Assembly: GCA_947626095.1 (NCBI GenBank)
Contig: CANQQV010000001.1
Span: 32,001 to 96,000, forward strand
Length of the DNA stretch: 64,000 nt
Reading direction: 5' to 3'
Origin: an uncultured Bacilli bacterium
GTDB taxonomy: Bacteria; Bacillota_I; Bacilli_A; RF39; UBA660
Shown here: positions 19,461 to 27,937 of the stretch, piece by piece
How the letters are laid out: the number at the start of each line of letters is the position of its first letter
Position numbering within the stretch: the stretch's first letter is position 1
Program-made: the position numbers and the translations under genes
The notes under the pieces: generated by a model
Seen by the model: the letters and a program-made list of their open reading frames with translations, nothing else
Databases searched by the model: none
What the model was told of the DNA's origin: nothing

Positions 19461-20958
19461 AGTTGGTATATATTTAAGATTATCTAAAGAAGATAAAGAT
19501 AAAATAAATATTGAAGACAATAGTGAATCTATTAAAAACCAACGTCATCTTCTTTTAGATTACATCTCTAAACATCAAGATTACATCTTAGTAAATGAAT
19601 ATTGTGATGAAGATTTATCTGGTGCCGGTACATATCGTCCTGAATTTACCAGATTAATTAAAGATTGTGAAAACCACAAACTAGATCTTGTCCTTTGTAA
19701 AAGTCAATCAAGATTCTCTCGTGATATGGAAGTAATTGAAAAATACTTACATAACAAGTTTAATGAATGGCACATTAGATTTATTAGTTTAGCTGATAAT
19801 GCTGATACTAATAATCTCGGTAATAAAAAAGCTCGTCAGATAAATGGTTTAGTTAATGAATGGTATTTAGAAGATATTTCAAATAATATCCGTAGTGCTT
19901 TTAATATTAAAATGAAACAAGGTGAATATATCTCACCTTTTGCTCCTTATGGTTATGAAATATCTTCTAAAGATAATAATAAACTTATTATTGATCCTAT
20001 TGCTTCTTACATAGTAAAAGATATTTATACTTTCTACTTAAAAGGTTATAGCTATACAAAAATAGCTAATTACTTAAATAATAAAAATATCCCTAGTCCC
20101 TCATACTATAAATATCTAAAAGGTAGTAAATTAAATATCATCAGTAATAAACCTCGTAAAGATATTCTCTGGTCTCCTAATGCTATAAAACATATTTTAA
20201 CTAATGAAATATATATTGGTAACTTAGTTCAAGGTAAAAGAACAACTATTAGTTATAAAAATCATAAAATAATTACTAAAGAACAAAGTAAATGGATTAA
20301 GTCATTAAATACCCATGAACCAATAATAAATAAAGATACTTTTACTAAAGTCCAAGAATTAATTAAGCAAAAAGCAAGACCTCTAAAAAACAACAAAATT
20401 ATTCACTCTTTTTCTCATAAAGTCTATTGCCTTCATTGTCACCATTTAATGCGTAAGAAAAATTCTCATACTCACGAATATCTTTTCTGTCCTAATCCTA
20501 ATTGTTCTAACACTTCCATTAGATATGATACTTTAGAACAAATAATCTTATCTAAAATAAATAACTTAGTTAAAAAATACTATAACAAAGATTTACTTAA
20601 TAAATATCTCAATAACCAAGATCAATTAAATAATTTAATAAAAGAACAAAAAGATTTAGAAACTAAAATAATTAATCACCAAAATATCTTATTTAGTATT
20701 TACGAAGATAGATTAAATAAGCTTCTTACTACTACTGAGTTTAAAGACCTAACAACTAACTACCAAAAAAGAAAAACTATCTACCAAAAACAACTAAACC
20801 AAATTACAAAGCAAATCTCTTTATATAATCCCCCTTCTCTTAACTTTAAATCATTTACTAAACTAAATTATCTTATAACTAATGAATTTATCTCTAAGAT
20901 CTTCATTAGTTCAATAAAAAACCAAGTAAGAACAATTAATATTATCTGGAACTTTTAG
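19453..20958 (+). CDS. Large serine recombinase LSR2 (TnpX/SpoIVCA-like architecture)
   Basis: YLRLSKED catalytic Ser, SESIKNQ, DEDLSGA, KSQSRFSRD, APYGY, ILTNEIYIG, THEPII, CLHC..CPNPNC Zn ribbon, coiled coil. Confidence 0.95.
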   Translation: MIKVGIYLRLSKEDKDKINIEDNSESIKNQRHLLLDYISKHQDYILVNEYCDEDLSGAGTYRPEFTRLIKDCENHKLDLVLCKSQSRFSRDMEVIEKYLHNKFNEWHIRFISLADNADTNNLGNKKARQINGLVNEWYLEDISNNIRSAFNIKMKQGEYISPFAPYGYEISSKDNNKLIIDPIASYIVKDIYTFYLKGYSYTKIANYLNNKNIPSPSYYKYLKGSKLNIISNKPRKDILWSPNAIKHILTNEIYIGNLVQGKRTTISYKNHKIITKEQSKWIKSLNTHEPIINKDTFTKVQELIKQKARPLKNNKIIHSFSHKVYCLHCHHLMRKKNSHTHEYLFCPNPNCSNTSIRYDTLEQIILSKINNLVKKYYNKDLLNKYLNNQDQLNNLIKEQKDLETKIINHQNILFSIYEDRLNKLLTTTEFKDLTTNYQKRKTIYQKQLNQITKQISLYNPPSLNFKSFTKLNYLITNEFISKIFISSIKNQVRTINIIWNF

Positions 20959-20973
20959 TGTCTTTACTACTTT

Positions 20974-20986
20974 CAAAGAGTTGCTT
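20974..20986 (+). repeat. Right attachment core (attR) CAAAGAGTTGCTT
   Basis: Identical to 12864-12876; followed by TAATCAGAACACTAGCT (L-I-R-T-L-A). Confidence 0.9.
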
Positions 20987-21315
20987 TAATCAGAACACTA
21001 GCTATTAAACCTGATATTCTTCTTTTAGACGAACCATTTTCCGCTTTAGATTTTCCAACTAGTCTCGAAGTAAGTAATGATGTCTATAAAATAATTAAAA
21101 ATGAAAAGAAAACTGCTATTATGGTTACTCATGATATTGCATCAGCCATTAGTATGGCTGATAAGATAATTGTCTTAAGTAAAAGTCCAGCGATAATTAA
21201 AAATATCTATGATATAAACTTAGATAATAAAGATATTCCTACCACTAATCGTCAGGATAATAAATTTAATTACTATTATGATTTAATATGGAAAGATCTT
21301 GATAACATTGTCTAA
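20974..21315 (+). CDS. 3' half of the split NitT/TauT ABC ATPase (YtlC-like)
   Basis: [26 protein letters not shown] (Walker B and D-loop) ... MVTHD (H-loop); in frame with the track ORF 21121..21315. Confidence 0.92.
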   Translation, partial: [113 protein letters not shown]

Positions 21316-22090
21316 AGAACAAAAAGCTTTTTTAAAAAAGTATCATCAAAATAAAAGAATTATTCTTTTAATCCAAATTATCATTATTCTTCTTTTCCTT
21401 ATTATATGGGAACTACTAAGTAAATACGGTATTATTAATTCTTTTATTTTTAGTCGCCCATCTAAAGTAATTAAAACTATCTATGATTTATATCTTAAAC
21501 ATCAATTATTTAATCATATCGGTATTACTATTTATGAAACATTAATAGCTTTTATTATTAGTTTACTAATCAGTATTATTCTTTCTATACTATTATATCT
21601 ATATCATAACTTTTACAAAGTAATGGACCCATTCTTAACATGTTTTAATTCCTTACCAAAAGTAGCACTAGGTCCCATGATTATTATTATAGTTGGTGCT
21701 AATATTAAAAGTATTATTGTTACAGCTATTTTAATAAATGTTATGGTTAGTACCATTGTTATTACTAATGGCTTTTATAATACTGATAAAACTAAGTTAA
21801 AACTTATGTTATCTCTAAAAGCTAATAAGTATCAAATTCTTAAATACTTAGTAATACCTAGTTCTTATAAAATTATTATCTCTTCCTTCAAATTAGGGAT
21901 AAGTATGAGTTTAATTGGTGTTGTAACTGGGGAATTCTTAGTTAGTCGTGCTGGCTTAGGTTACTTAATTATATATGGTACTCAAGTTTTTAACTTAGAT
22001 CTTGTAATTAGTGGTATTTTACTTCTCATTATCATCTCTTATATTCTATATAAATTAATTGAATTACTCGAAAAAAAATTATTAAGTTAG
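21299..22090 (+). CDS. NitT/TauT ABC transporter permease (YtlD-like)
   Basis: LIIWELL..FIFSRPS, NSLPKVALGP, GVVTGEFLVSRAGLGYLI; multiple TMs; start may be the TTG at 21308. Confidence 0.9.
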   Translation: MITLSKEQKAFLKKYHQNKRIILLIQIIIILLFLIIWELLSKYGIINSFIFSRPSKVIKTIYDLYLKHQLFNHIGITIYETLIAFIISLLISIILSILLYLYHNFYKVMDPFLTCFNSLPKVALGPMIIIIVGANIKSIIVTAILINVMVSTIVITNGFYNTDKTKLKLMLSLKANKYQILKYLVIPSSYKIIISSFKLGISMSLIGVVTGEFLVSRAGLGYLIIYGTQVFNLDLVISGILLLIIISYILYKLIELLEKKLLS

Positions 22091-22096
22091 AAAGCC

Positions 22097-22124
22097 AAAG
22101 AAGTAAATTAAGATTTACTTCTTT
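22097..22124 (+). terminator. Terminator-like hairpin after the ABC operon
   Basis: CAAAGAAGTAAAT-TAAG-ATTTACTTCTTTG inverted repeat. Confidence 0.55.
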
Positions 22125-22195
22125 GTTGTAAATAAAAAAATATTAAATTTAGATAATAAAACTAATATGTTATAATTTACATAGTAGGTGGTTAA

Positions 22196-23314
22196 ATGAG
22201 TAATGTAAAAAAGGAAAAAGCTTTAGATAATAAGTGTCCTAGTTGTAAGGCCCCTATCTTTTTTAATCCAAGTTTAGGCAAATGGAAATGTGAATATTGT
22301 AATAGTGAATTTACTTTAGAAGAAATCCAAGCTAAAACTAACGCTGGCTCACTAGATAATAACGAACTTCCCAAAGTAAAAGATTCTAAAGCAAAAGAAC
22401 CTGAAGTTGTTGAAGAGGATAACACAAGCTACATTTCTTATCGTTGTGAAAACTGTGGTGCTGAAATTGTTTCTGATGAACAAACTGCAGCTACTTTCTG
22501 TTTATACTGTGGTAATACTGCTATCTTAAAAAATAAACTATCTGGTAAATTTGCTCCTAACTATCTGATTCCTTTTAAAGTTGAAAAAGAAAAAGCCATT
22601 GAAGCTTTTAAAAATTTATCTAATGGTCGACCATTCGTCCCTAAAGATTTTAATAATGAACAAAATATTGAAAAAATTAAAGGATTATATGTTCCATTCT
22701 GGTTATTTGATATAGAAGTATCAGGATCAGTAGATTGTGATGCTACTAATGTTACTAGTTGGACTAGTGGTGATCGTGTCTATACAAAAAAAGATTTCTA
22801 TAAATTATTTCGAACTGGAAGTATGAAATTTAATAATATTCCTGCTGATGGTTCAACTAGATTTGATGATAAAATAATGAATTCTATCGAACCATTCAAT
22901 TTTAAAGAATTAGTACCATATAATCACGCTTATCTATCTGGTTTCTTTGCGGAAAAGTACGATACTGAAGCTGATAAAGTATCCAACTTAGCTGCCGATC
23001 GTGCTAAAGAAACAGCTAAAGATACAATGTATAACGATAGTCAAGGTTATTCCGTTAAGGTAATAACCAACAATACCTTAGTACCAAATATTATTGAAAA
23101 TAAATATGTATTATTACCTGTTTGGATGGTTAATGTTAAATATAAAGATAAATATTATATCTTCGCTATGAATGGTCAAACAGGTGAATTTATTGGTGAT
23201 ATACCACTAGATAAAAACAAAGTAGTTCTTTGGTCCATCTTAATGTTTTTAGGTATCTTTGTTCTTGTTATCGTTATTAGTCTTATATTACATATAATGG
23301 GTGGTGGTGCATAA
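22196..23314 (+). CDS. Double zinc-ribbon membrane protein (TFIIB-type Zn ribbon family)
   Basis: CPSC..CEYC and CENC..CLYC motifs, YVPFWLFD, LLPVW, MNGQTG, C-terminal TM. Confidence 0.8.
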   Translation: MSNVKKEKALDNKCPSCKAPIFFNPSLGKWKCEYCNSEFTLEEIQAKTNAGSLDNNELPKVKDSKAKEPEVVEEDNTSYISYRCENCGAEIVSDEQTAATFCLYCGNTAILKNKLSGKFAPNYLIPFKVEKEKAIEAFKNLSNGRPFVPKDFNNEQNIEKIKGLYVPFWLFDIEVSGSVDCDATNVTSWTSGDRVYTKKDFYKLFRTGSMKFNNIPADGSTRFDDKIMNSIEPFNFKELVPYNHAYLSGFFAEKYDTEADKVSNLAADRAKETAKDTMYNDSQGYSVKVITNNTLVPNIIENKYVLLPVWMVNVKYKDKYYIFAMNGQTGEFIGDIPLDKNKVVLWSILMFLGIFVLVIVISLILHIMGGGA

Positions 23315-24228
23315 TGAAAAAAGTAATTCTTACTATTATCTTATTTTTAATAAGTTTCAATATTTGCTATGCATCTACTAATACTTATGAACGTACAGAA
23401 GATAATCTACGTGTTAATAAGAAATGGAATATCGACAGCCATAATATCGCTGATGTTTTAAGTACACCAAGTGTCGATGCCAACGAAAAAGTATATGACT
23501 TTGCTAATATTCTTACTGATGAAGAAGAAAGAACAATTAAAAATCTAATCGATAATTTTATTGATCATACTGGTTTCGATATGGTCTTTGTCTCTGATAG
23601 TTTTAATTATTATACTGATGATAAAAATGAAGAATACGCAACAAACTTCTACGATTATAATGACTTTGGCCTTGACGATAAATATTATAGTGGTATTATT
23701 CTTTTCCGTAATGCTAATGAAACTGATCCATATTATGGTGCCTATCTATTTGGCGAAGCTCAACTATATTATCCACCAGAAACACTTGATATCATTCTAG
23801 ATGACGTATATTATGATTTTAGTCACAAATATTATTCTTCTGGTATTGAACTATTCCTAGATAAAACAGAATCTTATTATGATGATGGAATACCATATAG
23901 TATGAGAAATTATTATATTGATGATATGGGCTATTTAAAAAAGAAATACGTTCCACCAATTCTTCTAGGTTTAGTAATATCAGGCATTGCTACAGCAATT
24001 ATCATAAGTATTCTAGTTAGTAAAAACAAAATGATTGCTCAAGCCACTAAAGCCGCTGAATATCTTGATCAAAATAGTACTCAATATTCTACAAGATTAG
24101 ATCAATTCCTTACTTCAAATACTACTTCATATGTTAGATCATCAAGTAGTGGCGGTGGTGGTGGAAGCTACCATAGTAGTAGTGGTTCATCTGGTGGTGG
24201 ACACTCAGGCGGCGGACGACATGGTTAA
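23314..24228 (+). CDS. TPM-domain membrane protein
   Basis: VYDFANILTDEEE TPM start, TM segment, Gly/Ser-rich tail ending HSGGGRHG. Confidence 0.8.
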   Translation: MKKVILTIILFLISFNICYASTNTYERTEDNLRVNKKWNIDSHNIADVLSTPSVDANEKVYDFANILTDEEERTIKNLIDNFIDHTGFDMVFVSDSFNYYTDDKNEEYATNFYDYNDFGLDDKYYSGIILFRNANETDPYYGAYLFGEAQLYYPPETLDIILDDVYYDFSHKYYSSGIELFLDKTESYYDDGIPYSMRNYYIDDMGYLKKKYVPPILLGLVISGIATAIIISILVSKNKMIAQATKAAEYLDQNSTQYSTRLDQFLTSNTTSYVRSSSSGGGGGSYHSSSGSSGGGHSGGGRHG

Positions 24229-24255
24229 AAAAAGTTCTCATAACGAGAACTTTTT
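24227..24255. terminator. Bidirectional intrinsic terminator
   Basis: AAAAAGTTCTC-ATAAC-GAGAACTTTTT between convergent genes. Confidence 0.7.
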
Positions 24256-25567
24256 ATTTTGTCTTTTCAATAACAATTAACTTCTTTTTAGGTTTTGGTT
24301 TACTCCTATTTACCCTTTTAACACTACGTGGATTTAAATTTAAATTTCGATTCCCTCCACGTCTATTAGACGTTCTATTAGGTCTTCTAACCTTTTTAAC
24401 ATTACGTGGATTTAAATTTAATTGTTTATTGTTACTACTACTATTTTTCTTCTTAGGATTAATATCAACACTATCAGGTCTAGCTATAACTTTACGATTG
24501 TTTTCTTTTGGAATAATATCTTCTAACTCTTCATTATTCATCTTTTCTTCATAATCTAAATCAATAATCTGATTAGTTGTTTTTTCTTCTTTAGAACCAA
24601 CCTTTTTTCTCTTTTTCTTGGCTTCTTCAACCTTCGTAACTTTAATATGTTGTTCCTTTAAGAAATTATCTTCTACTATAACTTCTTCTGGCTTTTCTTC
24701 CTCTGTTTCCTCTTCTGTAACTTCTTTACTCATACGTTTAAGTACTTTATCTAACTGGTCTATACGATCATCATATTCCTTTATCCTTGTTGTTAAAGGA
24801 TCAGTATCTAATACTTCAACATGATCTTCCCTATACTTCGCTATTTCCTCTTCAGTGGTCGGTAAAGGCACTGGATTTAAAGTAGCATTCCTAATTTTTA
24901 ACTCTTCTTTAATTTTTTCCTTACGTGCTTCTTCATACTCTTCTTGTTGCCTTAAAGCTACATCGCTATTATTTTCTACTACTTCTTTTACCTTATTCTT
25001 AATACTAAATAAATTAAATAATTTATATATCTCAATAAACGTATAAATTGATACTGGAATAAGTAATAAGAATAACCAACCCTTTTGATTAGCTATTAAA
25101 AATTGAATTTTTCCTAAATAAGGAATAATTAATATTTCTTTACCAATAACTTGATCATAACTAACATACAACTTATCAGGTTCTTTATTATTATCACCCT
25201 GTGTACGATATTCGTAGCCACCATCAGGTAACTGATTAACTTCTATAACACGATGTGTAATCGTCATTCCTTCTGAAGTTGAAGCTTTAGATTCATAAGT
25301 AATAATATCGCCAACTTTAATATTCTCTGGTTTATCTTCTCTTATATTTATAACAACATCATAAACTTTAATCGCCGGTGTCATACTTGGACTAACGATT
25401 GTATAAATAGATACCTTCGGACGATAATCTTCATTATTAATATTCATTTGAGAAGATACAATATAATATAATAAGAATAAGGCAATTAAACATATAAAAG
25501 CAATCACTACATAATATAGTAATTTACCAATCATTGAAAATATGTTTTTATTTTGACTACTTGTCAT
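24254..25567 (-). CDS. Signal peptidase I, S26B (SipW-like), with long charged cytoplasmic tail
   Basis: IVSPSMTPAI (Ser), ITHRVIEV (His), YRTQGDNN, IPYLG motifs. Confidence 0.85.
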   Translation of the reverse strand: MTSSQNKNIFSMIGKLLYYVVIAFICLIALFLLYYIVSSQMNINNEDYRPKVSIYTIVSPSMTPAIKVYDVVINIREDKPENIKVGDIITYESKASTSEGMTITHRVIEVNQLPDGGYEYRTQGDNNKEPDKLYVSYDQVIGKEILIIPYLGKIQFLIANQKGWLFLLLIPVSIYTFIEIYKLFNLFSIKNKVKEVVENNSDVALRQQEEYEEARKEKIKEELKIRNATLNPVPLPTTEEEIAKYREDHVEVLDTDPLTTRIKEYDDRIDQLDKVLKRMSKEVTEEETEEEKPEEVIVEDNFLKEQHIKVTKVEEAKKKRKKVGSKEEKTTNQIIDLDYEEKMNNEELEDIIPKENNRKVIARPDSVDINPKKKNSSSNNKQLNLNPRNVKKVRRPNRTSNRRGGNRNLNLNPRSVKRVNRSKPKPKKKLIVIEKTK

Positions 25568-25585
25568 TATTTCCCTCTATTTCTG

Positions 25586-26215
25586 CTACTGTTCTAATAA
25601 GCTAGACTTATTATCTGTTTGTTCAATTATAATAGATGCATGATAATAATTATTCGTTTCTTCCAAAGGAATAGTTCCTTGAAATACCACATTTATCGTA
25701 TAAGTCTTCGTCTCGTTAGGCCCTAATTTAATATTATCCATAATTACTTTATCCGATAATGGTAATTGTTTAGTACTACTATTCTCTCCATTACTATCAA
25801 TCGTATAAAATAAATTATTTGAAGATATAAAAGAAGTTTTTATACTAGCTATCTTTATATTAAAAGTAGCTTCTGTATTTCCTTCATTACTAACTTTAAT
25901 TACTTTAGGGGTATTTAACCTATAACCCGTTACAATATTATTTAACTCCATTTTAGGTCCATTAATATATACAACAACTAACGTTTGATAATATATCTTT
26001 TCTGTTTCACTAATATCTTCATGAGCTTTAGTACTACCACGATAAGCCATAAAAGCAAATACCGTACTGACAACAACCGATACTAAAGTTAAAACAAGAA
26101 TAACCAAAAGAGCTATAAACTGTCTTTTTTCACTGCGTTCTTGTGCTTGGATAAGAATGGTATATTGAGTTTCAAGTTCAGATTTAAAATTTTCATTTTT
26201 CTCCATTCTTATCAC
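25586..26215 (-). CDS. TasA/camelysin-like protein (probable SipW substrate)
   Basis: N-terminal TM ending VFAF, IKVSNEGN and LGPNETKTYTINVVF motifs; adjacent to the SipW-like gene. Confidence 0.5.
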   Translation of the reverse strand: MIRMEKNENFKSELETQYTILIQAQERSEKRQFIALLVILVLTLVSVVVSTVFAFMAYRGSTKAHEDISETEKIYYQTLVVVYINGPKMELNNIVTGYRLNTPKVIKVSNEGNTEATFNIKIASIKTSFISSNNLFYTIDSNGENSSTKQLPLSDKVIMDNIKLGPNETKTYTINVVFQGTIPLEETNNYYHASIIIEQTDNKSSLLEQ

Positions 26216-26221
26216 TTCCTT

Positions 26222-26758
26222 CTATTCTTTTATTACAACCTTATAAGTTCCAGTAAATGAACCATTTGCCACATTTAATTGATTAGCAATATTACTAACA
26301 TTTATCTTAAGCGTACATTCATTAGTCTTATTAGTTGCTAATTCTAAATTATCTACAATAACCTCATTCGTTAAAGGCATATCTTTGTTTTCAACCTTTT
26401 CCCCATTACTACAATTAAGTGAATAAGTAAATGTATCATTACTATCCTGCCATGAATTAGATACATTCTGCCACTCTATACGATACTTAATTGCATTTGA
26501 ATTATTATTAGTAATATTAAATTTATACTCTTTATTATAACCAAGATTAATTACTGCTATATTTAATGAATTATTTTCATCATAATTAATAGCTGTTCTT
26601 TTATATATATTCTTATTAGCTAAAACCTTATGGCTATTCGCCTCAGTTCTTACTTCATCATTCATAAACACAAAGAAGCTACTAACTACTGAGGATATAA
26701 AAGTAAGTACGGAAAAAAAACATAATAGTATCACCCATTTTTTGTCCATTCCAATCAC
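26222..26758 (-). CDS. TasA/camelysin-like protein (probable SipW substrate)
   Basis: N-terminal TM, YKFNITNNNSNAIKY and GSFTGTYKV beta-sandwich motifs; co-oriented with the SipW-like gene. Confidence 0.45.
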   Translation of the reverse strand: MIGMDKKWVILLCFFSVLTFISSVVSSFFVFMNDEVRTEANSHKVLANKNIYKRTAINYDENNSLNIAVINLGYNKEYKFNITNNNSNAIKYRIEWQNVSNSWQDSNDTFTYSLNCSNGEKVENKDMPLTNEVIVDNLELATNKTNECTLKINVSNIANQLNVANGSFTGTYKVVIKE

Positions 26759-26848
26759 CCTTTATTATATATAATAATAGCAAAATAATGCTTCTTTATC
26801 AAGATTATATTTATGTAGATAATATTTAAATATATGCTATAATGATTA

Positions 26849-27805
26849 ATGAGGTGCAATATGAAATTAAGTATTATAATTCCCTGTAAAAACGAAGAAG
26901 GTAACGTTTCTAACCTTTATGAAGTAATTTCTAAAGTACTAGGTAAAAAGAAATATGAAATAATTTTTATAGATGATGGTTCTAAGGATAATACCTTAAA
27001 TGAACTTAAAAAACTATATGAAAAAGATATGCAACATATTAAAGTTTTATCTTTTTCACGAAATTTTATGAAAGAAGCAGCTATTATTGCTGGTTTAGAA
27101 GCCAGTAGCGGTGAATATACTTGTATTATCGATGGCGACTTACAACAAAATCCTAAATATTTAATAGATATGATGGATTTCTTAGATGATAATAGTGAAT
27201 ATGACGAAGTAGCCATGGTCATGAGTAAAAGAACAGCTGAATCAAAATTCATGTCATTCTGTAAAAACATGTTTTATAAAACCATGAATAAACTATGTGA
27301 AATCAACCTTGAAAATGCCGCATCAGACTTCAGAATGTTTAGAAAAAATGTTAAAGAAGCTTTAATTAGTTTAAGTGAAAGAAATAGATTTTCTAAAGGT
27401 TTATTTAGCTGGATTGGTTTTAATATCAAATATATGCCATATGACGTTGAACCACGTAATTCTGGTAATTCATCATTTGGTTTTAAAGCAAGTCTTAACT
27501 ATGCTATAAATGGTATTATTGCTTTCTCTGATAAACCATTAAAACTCGGTATATCTCTAGGTATATTATCCGTAATATCAAGTTTTATTTACTTAATAAC
27601 AATTATAGTTTTAATGTTATGTTCTGGCTTTGAAATGACTGCTGTTCATGCTCTTATTATCTTAATTTTATTCTTATTTGGTATTCTATTTATCTTACTT
27701 GGTATTATTGGTAAATACTTAGGTACTATTAATTATGAAGTAAGAAAAAGACCATTATATATAGTTAGAGAAAAATTAGGTTTTGATAACGAAACAATAC
27801 TTTAA
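26849..27805 (+). CDS. GT2 polyprenol-phosphate glycosyltransferase (GtrB/YkoT/CsbB-like)
   Basis: IIIPCKNEE, IDDGSKD, SFSRNF, IDGDLQ, ASDFRM, two C-terminal TMs, RPLYIV. Confidence 0.9.
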   Translation: MRCNMKLSIIIPCKNEEGNVSNLYEVISKVLGKKKYEIIFIDDGSKDNTLNELKKLYEKDMQHIKVLSFSRNFMKEAAIIAGLEASSGEYTCIIDGDLQQNPKYLIDMMDFLDDNSEYDEVAMVMSKRTAESKFMSFCKNMFYKTMNKLCEINLENAASDFRMFRKNVKEALISLSERNRFSKGLFSWIGFNIKYMPYDVEPRNSGNSSFGFKASLNYAINGIIAFSDKPLKLGISLGILSVISSFIYLITIIVLMLCSGFEMTAVHALIILILFLFGILFILLGIIGKYLGTINYEVRKRPLYIVREKLGFDNETIL

Positions 27806-27937
27806 GTATTGTTTTTTTAGTCAATGATAATGTCTACTATATTTAAGTTCCCTTGCATAAAGAAAAGAGAAATACTATAATAATCTTAATGGTAGAATAA
27901 CTATCTTAGTTAAAATTTATTAAATGGAGGTATTAAA

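Larger units (their letters stand above)
12864..20986. mobile_element. 8,110-bp LSR-encoding gene-interrupting (skin-like) element inserted in the ABC ATPase gene
   Basis: Bounded by identical 13-bp repeats; LSR2 ends 15 bp before the right repeat; removing one repeat plus the interval gives a seamless ATPase ORF. Confidence 0.9.

Noticed and set aside
12864-20986. Prophage or ICE
   Set aside because: No structural, replication, relaxase or T4SS genes are present; only LSR2, a small ORF and two cargo genes
12456-21315. Interpreting the ATPase fragments as decayed pseudogenes, TGA read-through, an intron or an intein
   Set aside because: The halves join exactly at a 13-bp DNA repeat with no lesions. 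The insert encodes a serine recombinase and antisense cargo genes, with no RT/maturase or intein motifs, and sequence after the TGA is not ATPase-like.
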